From a virus: a stretch of 64,000 bases of DNA. The DNA is taken from positions 32,001-96,000 of the IMG/VR virus record IMGVR_UViG_3300017917_002228. One strand, 5' to 3'. Position 1 is the first letter of the stretch, and each line of letters begins with the position of its first letter. A program made the translations under genes and the position numbers. Below are positions 16,606 to 24,464 of this stretch, one piece after another. Below the pieces are notes generated by a model. It had not been told where the DNA came from and searched no databases. It saw only the letters and a list, made by a program, of their open reading frames with translations.

Positions 16606-17676
16606 ATGGAAATTAAAATTGATATTGACTCGCTGCGTAAGCGTAAGTTGTTTGTTGCAACACCAATGTATGGTGGTAACTGCAACGGTATGTATACCCG
16701 CTCACTTTGTGATTTGACTGCACTTTGTGTTCGCTATGGTATTGAGATTCGTTCCTACTTTTTGTTTAACGAATCACTCATTACACGCGCACGCAACTAC
16801 TGCGTAGATGAGTTCCTTCGTAGTGATGCAGAACATCTCTTGTTTATCGACTCTGATATTGGATTCAATCCACAAGACGTTATTGCGATGATGGCATTAC
16901 AGACTCCGGAATCTGAATATGATGTTATTGCAGGCCCTTATCCTAAGAAGTGTATCACTTGGGAAAAGATTAAAGCAGCAATTGACAAAGGTGTTGCAGA
17001 TCAAAACCCAAATGTTCTAGAAGACTTTGTCGGTGACTTTGTTTTTAATCCTGCAATGGAACCTGGTGAGACTTCTAAAACAATTCAGCTTGATCAGCCA
17101 GCAGAAGTTCTAGAAGCTGGTACTGGCTTTATGATGATTCGTCGTAAGACATTTGAAAAGTATCTTGCTGCTTATCCTGAAATTCAGTATCGTCCTGATC
17201 ACGTCCGTACAGAAGCATTTGACGGGTCGCGTGAGATCGGAATGTATTTCCAGGCAGAAGTCGATAAGTATAGTCCTGAAAAGGACTATGAAGAAATGCT
17301 TCGTCGTATTCAGAATGGCGGTACAGTTACTGCTAATGAAGCAGCGCTTGCTATTAAGTCAACACGTGATAAGATTCAAGCTTCTACTAAGCGTTATCTT
17401 TCAGAAGATTATCTTTTCTGTCAGAACGTTCGTAAGATGGGTGGTAAGGTCTGGTTGTGTCCGTGGATGCATCTACAGCATGCTGGTACCTACGTCTTTG
17501 CTGGCAAGCTTGCAGCTCTTGCAGCAGTTGGTGCTTCTGCAACAGCAGATGCAGACTTGATTAAGAAGCATCGTGATGCTGGCAGAACACCGCATCCAGC
17601 TATTGCAATACCTAAACCGGTTAAACCAGTAGCACCAAGCTCAGAGCTCTTGAAGAAGTTTAAGACTGTTAAGTGA
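16606..17676 (+). CDS. GT-A fold glycosyltransferase-like protein
   Basis: ATPMYGG, ESLITRARN, FIDSD (DxD), GTGFMMI, SEDYLFC. Confidence 0.75.
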   Translation: MEIKIDIDSLRKRKLFVATPMYGGNCNGMYTRSLCDLTALCVRYGIEIRSYFLFNESLITRARNYCVDEFLRSDAEHLLFIDSDIGFNPQDVIAMMALQTPESEYDVIAGPYPKKCITWEKIKAAIDKGVADQNPNVLEDFVGDFVFNPAMEPGETSKTIQLDQPAEVLEAGTGFMMIRRKTFEKYLAAYPEIQYRPDHVRTEAFDGSREIGMYFQAEVDKYSPEKDYEEMLRRIQNGGTVTANEAALAIKSTRDKIQASTKRYLSEDYLFCQNVRKMGGKVWLCPWMHLQHAGTYVFAGKLAALAAVGASATADADLIKKHRDAGRTPHPAIAIPKPVKPVAPSSELLKKFKTVK

Positions 17677-17691
17677 TAGGAAATTTATATT

Positions 17692-18339
17692 ATGAAACTA
17701 AGTGAACAAACTATTAATATTCTCAAGAACTTTGCAACCATTAATCCTTCTCTGCTAGTAAAGCCTGGTAACTTTCTTAATACAGTTGCAATTAACCGTA
17801 GCATCTTTGCTAAGTGTAACGTAGAAGAAAAGTTTCCTAAGCAGTTTGCTATCTACGATCTTCCTAAGTTTCTAGGTGTGGTTTCTCTCTTTAAGGAGCC
17901 AGACCTAGAGTTTATGAAGAGCCAGCTACGTATTACTTCTGGTAGACAGTCAGTAAACTTTACCTATGCAGAACCTAATACAATTGTTGCACCTACATCT
18001 GATACGATTAAGTTTCCAACTGCAGATGTAGAGTTTGAACTATCACAGGAAGAACTGCAGCGTCTTATTCGCGCTGCAGGTATTCTTCAGTTACCTCATA
18101 TTGTAGTGACTGGTGATGGCTCAAACGTTAAAGTAGCAGCATCAGATGCAAAGAACCCTACAACAGATACATTTAGCGTTGAAGTAGGTACAACTAATAA
18201 AGAGTTTAGTACTGTGTTTAAAACAGAAAACATTCTTAAGTTGCTTTCTACTAACTATAATGTTAAAATGACAATTAAGGGTCTTGCTCAGTTTACATCT
18301 GATCAAGTTACCTATTTTGTTGCAGCAGAAAAAGTATAA
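17692..18339 (+). CDS. gp45: sliding clamp
   Basis: MKLSEQT..ILKNFATIN, FAIYDL. Confidence 0.95.
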   Translation: MKLSEQTINILKNFATINPSLLVKPGNFLNTVAINRSIFAKCNVEEKFPKQFAIYDLPKFLGVVSLFKEPDLEFMKSQLRITSGRQSVNFTYAEPNTIVAPTSDTIKFPTADVEFELSQEELQRLIRAAGILQLPHIVVTGDGSNVKVAASDAKNPTTDTFSVEVGTTNKEFSTVFKTENILKLLSTNYNVKMTIKGLAQFTSDQVTYFVAAEKV

Positions 18340-18347
18340 GGTGATAA

Positions 18348-19289
18348 ATGGAACACGCAGAATTTCTTTGGGTTGAAAAATATCGCCCAAGAAAGATTGA
18401 AGATTGTATACTCACACCGGAGCTGAAGTCAACCTTCAGCTCTTTTGTTGAGAAGGGTGAGATACCTAATTTGCTTCTGACTGGATCTTCAGGTGTTGGT
18501 AAAACAACAGTTGCACGTGCTATGTTGGATGAAATCGATGCAGATTATATTATTGTTAACGGATCGATGAATGGTAACATTGATACGTTACGTACAGAAA
18601 TTATGCAATTTGCTTCTACAATTTCTTTTAGAGGAAGTAGGAAATATGTCATACTCGACGAAGCTGATTATCTCAATGCCAATTCAACGCAACCCGCCTT
18701 ACGTAATTTCATGGAAGAATTTTCCAGTAACTGCGGGTTCATCCTTACCTGTAACTTCGTCAATCGAATCATTGAACCGCTACACTCCCGTTGCTCTGTC
18801 ATTAACTTCTCTGTCAACAAACAAGAACTTCCGCAACTAGCAGCTCGCTTCTTTAAGCGAGTAGTTAATATTCTTAATGCAGAGAATGTAGAGTTTGACA
18901 AGCAGGTAGTAGCTGAACTTATTAACAAGCATGTGCCTGATTGGCGAAGAGTATTAAACGAACTACAAAGGTATTCACATAATGGAAAGATTGACTCAGG
19001 TATCTTTGTTAACATCGGTGATGAATCGTTTAAGACACTTATCGGCTATCTCAAAGCTAAAAACTTTACAGAGATGCGTAAGTGGGTCGCGGAGAACTCG
19101 GATAGCGATAGTACTGCTTTATTTCGTAAGCTGTATGATAGCGCTTATTTACATGTTAAGCCTAACAGCATTCCACAACTAGTTCTCATTCTCGCAGACT
19201 ACCAATATAAAGATGCGTTTGTAGCTGATAAAGAAATAAATATTGTAGCTGCAATGACGCAGATTATGGTAGATGTTGAGTTTGTTTAA
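18348..19289 (+). CDS. gp44: clamp loader large subunit
   Basis: LWVEKYRP, GVGKTT, ILDEAD, SRC. Confidence 0.95.
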   Translation: MEHAEFLWVEKYRPRKIEDCILTPELKSTFSSFVEKGEIPNLLLTGSSGVGKTTVARAMLDEIDADYIIVNGSMNGNIDTLRTEIMQFASTISFRGSRKYVILDEADYLNANSTQPALRNFMEEFSSNCGFILTCNFVNRIIEPLHSRCSVINFSVNKQELPQLAARFFKRVVNILNAENVEFDKQVVAELINKHVPDWRRVLNELQRYSHNGKIDSGIFVNIGDESFKTLIGYLKAKNFTEMRKWVAENSDSDSTALFRKLYDSAYLHVKPNSIPQLVLILADYQYKDAFVADKEINIVAAMTQIMVDVEFV

Positions 19290-19507
19290 TGGCTGGGATA
19301 TCAGAATATACCACTGCAAAAGATACTAAAGTATGTGATGGATGTTCTAAACTGATATATCCAGATGAGACCTACGTTCATTCTAGATTCACACTTAATG
19401 ACCCGGGCAGCAATGTTGTCCGGTTTATTTCTGTTTTTATATGTAATGAATGCTTATTTGACTTTGATGACTTTGCTCACGGTGCTAATAACGAGATAAC
19501 TACATGA
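19289..19507 (+). CDS. small Zn-finger hypothetical protein
   Basis: CDGC...CNEC; translationally coupled. Confidence 0.6.
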   Translation: MAGISEYTTAKDTKVCDGCSKLIYPDETYVHSRFTLNDPGSNVVRFISVFICNECLFDFDDFAHGANNEITT

Positions 19508-19923
19508 ACCCTTTTGATTATGTTAATGCGATTAATTCTAATAAAGATATTATCAGAAACTCTAATAACCCTGAACTAGCAGAAAAGTTATACCAGCCCT
19601 TTATTATTAATAGAGCGCTATCATATCATATAGATACAATTCTATATGCTAATGAGATGAATATATATTCAGAAATACCCGCTATTATGCAAAATGACTA
19701 TTACCTAAATAGTATACGTCCAAAAAAGAGATATGCTAAGTGGCATAAAAAATTGCAGGATGAAGCTATTGAGGTAATACAAGAGTTTTATGGCGTTAGT
19801 ATGGCAAAAGCATTAGATATATATAAAGTGCTAACAGAAGATCAGATAGACGCCATAAAACAGAAAATATTTAAAGGCGGGAATAATGTTCAATATCAGT
19901 CAATTAGTAGAAGTAAGACTTAA
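19504..19923 (+). CDS. gp62: clamp loader small subunit
   Basis: PFDYVNAIN, YQPFIINRALS, ANEMN; synteny. Confidence 0.92.
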   Translation: MNPFDYVNAINSNKDIIRNSNNPELAEKLYQPFIINRALSYHIDTILYANEMNIYSEIPAIMQNDYYLNSIRPKKRYAKWHKKLQDEAIEVIQEFYGVSMAKALDIYKVLTEDQIDAIKQKIFKGGNNVQYQSISRSKT

Positions 19924-20281
19924 AAATACAGAAGACTTCTTGAAAATAAGAGAAACCCTTTCTCGTATAGGTCTTGCATCTAAAAAAGATAATACTCTAT
20001 ATCAATCATGCCACATCCTGCATAAACAGGGTAAGTATTATATTGTGCACTTTAAAGAGCTGTTTATGCTCGATGGTAAAGAATCTAATTTCTCAGAAGG
20101 CGATATCGCTAGACGTAATAGAATTGCTAACCTTCTTGAAGAGTGGGAACTACTAGAAGTAGTTGATCCACAGAAGATACAAGAACCACAATCACCACTT
20201 AATCAGATTAAGATTATACCATTTAGAGACAAGAACAAGTGGAATCTAGTTACAAAGTATACTATAGGTAACAAATATTAA
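19886..20281 (+). CDS. regA: translational repressor RegA
   Basis: DFLKIRETLSRIG, LYQSCHILHKQGKYYIVHFKEL. Confidence 0.96.
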   Translation: MFNISQLVEVRLKNTEDFLKIRETLSRIGLASKKDNTLYQSCHILHKQGKYYIVHFKELFMLDGKESNFSEGDIARRNRIANLLEEWELLEVVDPQKIQEPQSPLNQIKIIPFRDKNKWNLVTKYTIGNKY

Positions 20282-20356
20282 AAACTATAGTATTCTCAAT
20301 AGTTTCAATACTTTAAGTCCTTGGAAAACAAGGACTTTTTTTTGTGAAGAAAACTG

Positions 20357-20385
20357 TTGCTTTAATTATAAAAACACCGTATTCT
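20357..20385 (+). promoter_or_regulatory. sigma70-type early promoter
   Basis: TTGCTT-N17-TATTCT. Confidence 0.55.
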
Positions 20386-20406
20386 GTTATTATGAAAACA
20401 AAGGAC

Positions 20407-20682
20407 ATGATGATGAAATCGAAGATTGTGCCGTGCAATGTACCTGGTAAACACCGTACAGGTACTCTCGATGATATGAATGTTAAAGCGATTAGTGAAG
20501 TGCTCGGTTTCGCTCCTAACGTAAAAGATGATGAAGATAAGGTGAAATACTCCTGGGGCTTCACATACGAAGGTATTCCGTGCGGCATCTGGGACTATAA
20601 AGGTTCGAGCGAGTTCGGAGCATTCTCTACTTTCGGGCCTGATATTGTGTTCGAAAAGCTTTTTCCTCACAACTACGTCTGA
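20407..20682 (+). CDS. hypothetical early protein
   Basis: RBS AAGGA; DKVKYSWGF...IWDYK. Confidence 0.7.
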   Translation: MMMKSKIVPCNVPGKHRTGTLDDMNVKAISEVLGFAPNVKDDEDKVKYSWGFTYEGIPCGIWDYKGSSEFGAFSTFGPDIVFEKLFPHNYV

Positions 20683-20683
20683 G

Positions 20684-20712
20684 TTGCTTTAATTAAAAAA
20701 GCAGCGTATAAT
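20684..20712 (+). promoter_or_regulatory. sigma70-type early promoter
   Basis: TTGCTT-N17-TATAAT. Confidence 0.7.
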
Positions 20713-20743
20713 CTTATTATTGAAACAGTGAAAGGAACGTAAC

Positions 20744-21679
20744 ATGGCTCATATGATAGAAACGATGGCCTACGCCGGTGAAACTCCCTGGCACGGCCTT
20801 GGTAAGCGAGTGATTAGCGATCTGACTCCTGCTCAGATGCTTGTAGAAGCTCAACTTGATTGGACTGTTGAAAAGCGTCCGTTGAGCTTTATTAAGAATG
20901 ACGGTACAATGGAAATGTCTGAGAGTTCAGCACTTGTGCGCTCTTCTGACGAATCAGTACTCTCGGTGGTGAGCAATGACTGGAATCCTGTCCAAAATGA
21001 AACTGCCTTTGAGTTCTTCCATGACTTCGTTATGGCAGGCGATATGGAAATGCACACCGCAGGATCAATCCGAGATGGTAAAAACGTCTGGGCTCTCGCA
21101 AAAGTTAAAGACAGTTTTGAAATTCTCGGTGGTGATCGTGTTGATTCCTATCTTCTTTTTAGTAATCCTCATGAGTACGGCAAATGCATTGATATTCGGT
21201 TTACTCCGATTCGCGTTGTATGTAATAACACTCTTACTCTTGCTCTTGGTAATCGCTCTGATCTTATGGTACGGCTTAATCATCGTCGGGAGTTTGATAG
21301 TGCTATGGTGAAGCAGACTCTCGGTATTGCTCAGACTAAGATGGGTAATTACAAAGAGATGGCTGAGTTTCTTTCATCTCGTCAGTATACTGATCAGACT
21401 GTTGTTGAATATCTCAAGGAAGTGTTTCCTTCTGCTTCTAAGAAAGATGCAAAGCTTTCACGTCCTGCAGAAACTGCATTCAGCGTTCTCGAGACGCAAC
21501 CAGGTAACGAGTTCGGTAAGAACAGCTGGTGGCAAGCTTTCAATGCAGTAACCTACTCGACCGATCATTTGCTCGGTCGTTCTCAAGAGACTCGTTTGCA
21601 GAGCTCCTGGTACGGTGTTAACCGCCAGAAGAAACTTGCAGCTCTTGAGAAGGCAGTCGAATACGCTGAGGCTGCTTAA
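20744..21679 (+). CDS. DUF932/DUF945 family protein
   Basis: PWHGLG, PVQN, TPIRVVCNNT, WQAFNAVT. Confidence 0.9.
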   Translation: MAHMIETMAYAGETPWHGLGKRVISDLTPAQMLVEAQLDWTVEKRPLSFIKNDGTMEMSESSALVRSSDESVLSVVSNDWNPVQNETAFEFFHDFVMAGDMEMHTAGSIRDGKNVWALAKVKDSFEILGGDRVDSYLLFSNPHEYGKCIDIRFTPIRVVCNNTLTLALGNRSDLMVRLNHRREFDSAMVKQTLGIAQTKMGNYKEMAEFLSSRQYTDQTVVEYLKEVFPSASKKDAKLSRPAETAFSVLETQPGNEFGKNSWWQAFNAVTYSTDHLLGRSQETRLQSSWYGVNRQKKLAALEKAVEYAEAA

Positions 21680-21680
21680 T

Positions 21681-21703
21681 AGAGGGGGCTACGGCCCCTT
21701 CTC
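21681..21703 (+). terminator. terminator-like hairpin
   Basis: GGGGC-TACG-GCCCC. Confidence 0.6.
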
Positions 21704-21742
21704 ACTTGCTTTTATATTCTCTCCAGCTATAATAGGTGAATC

Positions 21743-21970
21743 ATGCATTGGAACCATCGTGTAATGAAGGGTACTACAGAATCGGGTGAAACCTACTACT
21801 CTATTCATGAGGTTTATTACGATTTAGAAGAGCCTGGTAATAAAGGATGGACCAATAATCCAGTTGAAGCAGTTGGTGAATCGCTAGAAGAGCTCCGTGA
21901 AAGTCTTAAACGTATGCTCGAAGCTACCTATACGCCAATTTTAGATTATGAAACTGGTAAAGAAATATGA
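21743..21970 (+). CDS. hypothetical protein
   Basis: WNHRVM...YSIHEVYYD; promoter TTGCTT-N16-TATAAT upstream. Confidence 0.75.
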   Translation: MHWNHRVMKGTTESGETYYSIHEVYYDLEEPGNKGWTNNPVEAVGESLEELRESLKRMLEATYTPILDYETGKEI

Positions 21971-22025
21971 AGCACCCTTCCTCGTCTAAATATGATTATG
22001 AAACACCCGGTGATGGAGAGATGCA

Positions 22026-22211
22026 ATGGACTGTGATACTCGTGTTTACTATGGTTTTGTTGTTGGTATGGGCGCTGCTATAACAGTCTTTTGGCCTATC
22101 CTAGCACTTCTAGTGCTCGGGTTTACACGTAAACGGCCTTTTGAAGCTGAGCGTGAAACTATTATTCGTAATATGAATGAGGCTATGGGTATTAAAAATG
22201 GCAAGCGTTGA
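22026..22211 (+). CDS. small membrane protein
   Basis: One hydrophobic segment; overlaps an alternative 38-aa ORF at 21967-22083. Confidence 0.5.
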   Translation: MDCDTRVYYGFVVGMGAAITVFWPILALLVLGFTRKRPFEAERETIIRNMNEAMGIKNGKR

Positions 22212-22398
22212 TCATCTCCCTATCGGAGAACCTATGACACAATTTTCTCGTCTTGATGTTAAGTATAAGCAGCTTCTTCAAGAATATTATGATGCAGAGT
22301 TTGAGGACAATAAAGAAAAAATCCATACGCTTCGCCAACAGCTAGATACACTAGAACTAAGAATGCAGCTTGGCGAAGAGTATGAGGTTCCTTTCTAA
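22198..22398 (+). CDS. hypothetical protein
   Basis: Coupled ORF. Confidence 0.6.
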   Translation: MASVDHLPIGEPMTQFSRLDVKYKQLLQEYYDAEFEDNKEKIHTLRQQLDTLELRMQLGEEYEVPF

Positions 22399-22676
22399 TG
22401 GCTAATGAAGAATTGTTTCAGAGGGCGAGTAGCTTAAAGGTGAAGCCGGCCGCTCATAACGGTCTGAGTGTAGGTTCGAGTCCTACCTCGCCCACCAGCT
22501 TTCCTAATTCAGTTAACGATCAGATTACAGATGCTGTGACACAATCACAGATTACTGATTCAGTTACACTTGAAAGAGAAAAGCCAAAACTTAAAGACAT
22601 AATTACTTTACTAATTATTAACCCTATCGCAGTTATTGCAATTATAGGAATAGTGCTCTATCATTTTTTTGGTTGA
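22398..22676 (+). CDS. possible membrane-anchored protein spanning a tRNA gene
   Basis: TAATG-coupled start; stays open through the tRNA; VNDQITDAVTQ motif; C-terminal TM helix. Confidence 0.5.
   Translation: MANEELFQRASSLKVKPAAHNGLSVGSSPTSPTSFPNSVNDQITDAVTQSQITDSVTLEREKPKLKDIITLLIINPIAVIAIIGIVLYHFFG
22423..22497 (+). tRNA. tRNA-Ile2(CAT), lysidine type likely
   Basis: Cloverleaf; GGCCG-CT CAT AA-CGGTC arm resembles alphaproteobacterial Ile2; ACCA. Confidence 0.85.
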
Positions 22677-22727
22677 TTTTCATTTAATAAGTTCGTATAA
22701 TATGAACACTAGATGAGGAGACTGAAA

Positions 22728-22925
22728 ATGTCGTACTACCCTGGTTCTTATAAGTATGTCGTCGAGTTTGAAAAGGTACTCAAAAAAGGAGTACTGAACG
22801 GTCTTACTGTTAAAGATCGTTTACACTTTGTAAATGAAAAAGATGCTCGACGTTGGGTAAGAGATGTGCAAGCGTTCGATAGGAACTCACAGTATACTAA
22901 CTTTGAAGTTAAGGCTGTGGCTTAG
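22728..22925 (+). CDS. hypothetical early protein
   Basis: Promoter TTGATT-N17-TATAAT (22673-22701), RBS GAGGAG. Confidence 0.75.
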   Translation: MSYYPGSYKYVVEFEKVLKKGVLNGLTVKDRLHFVNEKDARRWVRDVQAFDRNSQYTNFEVKAVA

Positions 22926-23287
22926 TCCCGGCCTTTTTCATTTGCTACAAAGTTAGTAGGAGCAGGTTTGTTATATCTTGGCTTAATAGTCTCTTCTTCA
23001 TACAATCTATACTTCTCGAGGTTTTCCTTACCTCTAGACCAAGAAGTAACACCTAGAATAGCTCCCATAGCCATATGAAATACACCACCGCCTCCTAAAG
23101 TAAGAGGCTGCCATTCACCAAATTTAGCCACATCTTTTGTATAGTAAGCATACCATGCATAGAAGAGTGGTCCTAGTATAAAATCAAATACACAGATACC
23201 CATATACATCCATGCCATAGTAGGACGCCATATTCTACTAAACCAAGGTTCTTCGCTAGGCAACATAACTTTTTTGGGGTCTGACAT
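22922..23287 (-). CDS. holin-like membrane protein (GTA 3TM holin-like)
   Basis: WRPTMAWMY..ICVFDF, WQPLTL.GGG.FH.AMGAILG; late promoter-like CATAAATA on - strand at 23318-23325. Confidence 0.7.
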   Translation of the reverse strand: MSDPKKVMLPSEEPWFSRIWRPTMAWMYMGICVFDFILGPLFYAWYAYYTKDVAKFGEWQPLTLGGGGVFHMAMGAILGVTSWSRGKENLEKYRLYEEETIKPRYNKPAPTNFVANEKGRD

Positions 23288-23324
23288 ATTGATTTCTCAT
23301 AGCTAACGACACATATATATTTAT

Positions 23325-23378
23325 GTCAGTGCCTAATGGGCTGACTAATCAAACCTTGCTTAATAGGAGGACTATATG
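23325..23378 (+). promoter_or_regulatory. ROSE-like RNA thermometer
   Basis: CCTTGCT-TAAT-AGGAGG hairpin masks the SD; second hairpin upstream; precedes sHSP. Confidence 0.65.
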
Positions 23379-23909
23379 AACTGGAAAGTTTCTGATACTG
23401 CATTTAATCCTTTTGGCGACCTAGCCAAGCTCGACAAGTACTTTGTTGGTTTCGAAGATCTACATAACCGTCTAACAAAGTCAGTCACAGAATATACAAA
23501 AAATGTAACAAACTATCCTCCATACAATATCGTCAAGACAGACGAGAATAAGTATGTGATTGAGATGGCTGTTGCAGGTTTTGGTAAACACAATCTTGAA
23601 CTAGAACTCAATGATGGTGTACTTACCATTGTAGGCAATACAACAGTAAGCGATCTAGTCAAAGAAGGACTAGAGAATGCTTATATCTATAAAGGTATTG
23701 CTGACCGCTCTTTCACCCGCAAGTTTACACTTGCAGATACCGTTGAAATTAAGAACGCTGAATTGATCAACGGCATGCTTCGCGTATGGCTAGAGAATAT
23801 TATTCCGGATTCGAAAAAGCCAAAGAAGATCAATATTAACGATTCTACGGACGATTCGAATCCTCCGTATTCAAATCCGCAATTCCTAGCAGAAAAAAAA
23901 AGTAAGTAA
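23376..23909 (+). CDS. small heat-shock protein (Hsp20/IbpA-like)
   Basis: NYPPYNI, IEMAVAGF, KGIADRSFTRKFTLAD, NGML. Confidence 0.95.
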   Translation: MNWKVSDTAFNPFGDLAKLDKYFVGFEDLHNRLTKSVTEYTKNVTNYPPYNIVKTDENKYVIEMAVAGFGKHNLELELNDGVLTIVGNTTVSDLVKEGLENAYIYKGIADRSFTRKFTLADTVEIKNAELINGMLRVWLENIIPDSKKPKKININDSTDDSNPPYSNPQFLAEKKSK

Positions 23910-23913
23910 TAAA

Positions 23914-24084
23914 ATGACAAAAATTCTAAAGAAAGTGCAGAGAACAATCTCTGCACGCAAAAACTATTTGGCTACTATCCATGAACTAAATCGTCTAAGT
24001 GATAGAGAACTTAACGATATTGGTATTCATAGATGTGATATTGAATTCGTTGCTCGTAAGTTCGCAAAGAAGAATGCAGCATGA
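23914..24084 (+). CDS. DUF1127 (YjiS-like) small protein, not in ORF track
   Basis: ELNRLSDRELNDIGIHRCDI signature; 56 aa. Confidence 0.85.
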   Translation: MTKILKKVQRTISARKNYLATIHELNRLSDRELNDIGIHRCDIEFVARKFAKKNAA

Positions 24085-24182
24085 TAGCATTCTTTAAAAA
24101 GATTTACGAAGCATTAATCGAAGCACAGGAACTCAGAGTCAAAATGTTTATGCAAAATAGACATTGGCCAACAGGAGAATAA
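24081..24182 (+). CDS. 33-aa peptide
   Basis: ATGA-coupled, MIAFFKKIYEALIEAQELR... Confidence 0.5.
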   Translation: MIAFFKKIYEALIEAQELRVKMFMQNRHWPTGE

Positions 24183-24183
24183 A

Positions 24184-24234
24184 ATGTGGCCTTACAACGA
24201 AGAAGAGCTTGAGATAATTAACAAAGGTTGTTAA
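24184..24234 (+). CDS. 16-aa peptide MWPYNEEELEIINKGC
   Basis: RBS AGGAG upstream; terminator follows. Confidence 0.4.
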   Translation: MWPYNEEELEIINKGC

Positions 24235-24237
24235 TAT

Positions 24238-24266
24238 AAGGGGGTAGAGATGCCCCCTTTCTCTTT
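24238..24266 (+). terminator. intrinsic terminator
   Basis: AAGGGGGT-AGAG-ATGCCCCTTT then T-rich tail. Confidence 0.6.
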
Positions 24267-24275
24267 AGGTGAACA

Positions 24276-24464
24276 ATGAGTGATGACTTTAAAGATATTC
24301 CTATTCTAGATGTTGACTATCATCTCCGTGAATATGATCGAGAAGATATAGTTGTGCGGCTAGGTAATGTAGGTGGCTTTGATGAGTTAGCTGAGCTGTG
24401 TAGTGAAGCACGAAGTGAAATTATCAGGTTACGTGAGCAGATTAAACAATTGGTACAGCAATGA
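24276..24464 (+). CDS. hypothetical protein
   Basis: DIVVRL...EARSEIIRLR. Confidence 0.7.
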   Translation: MSDDFKDIPILDVDYHLREYDREDIVVRLGNVGGFDELAELCSEARSEIIRLREQIKQLVQQ

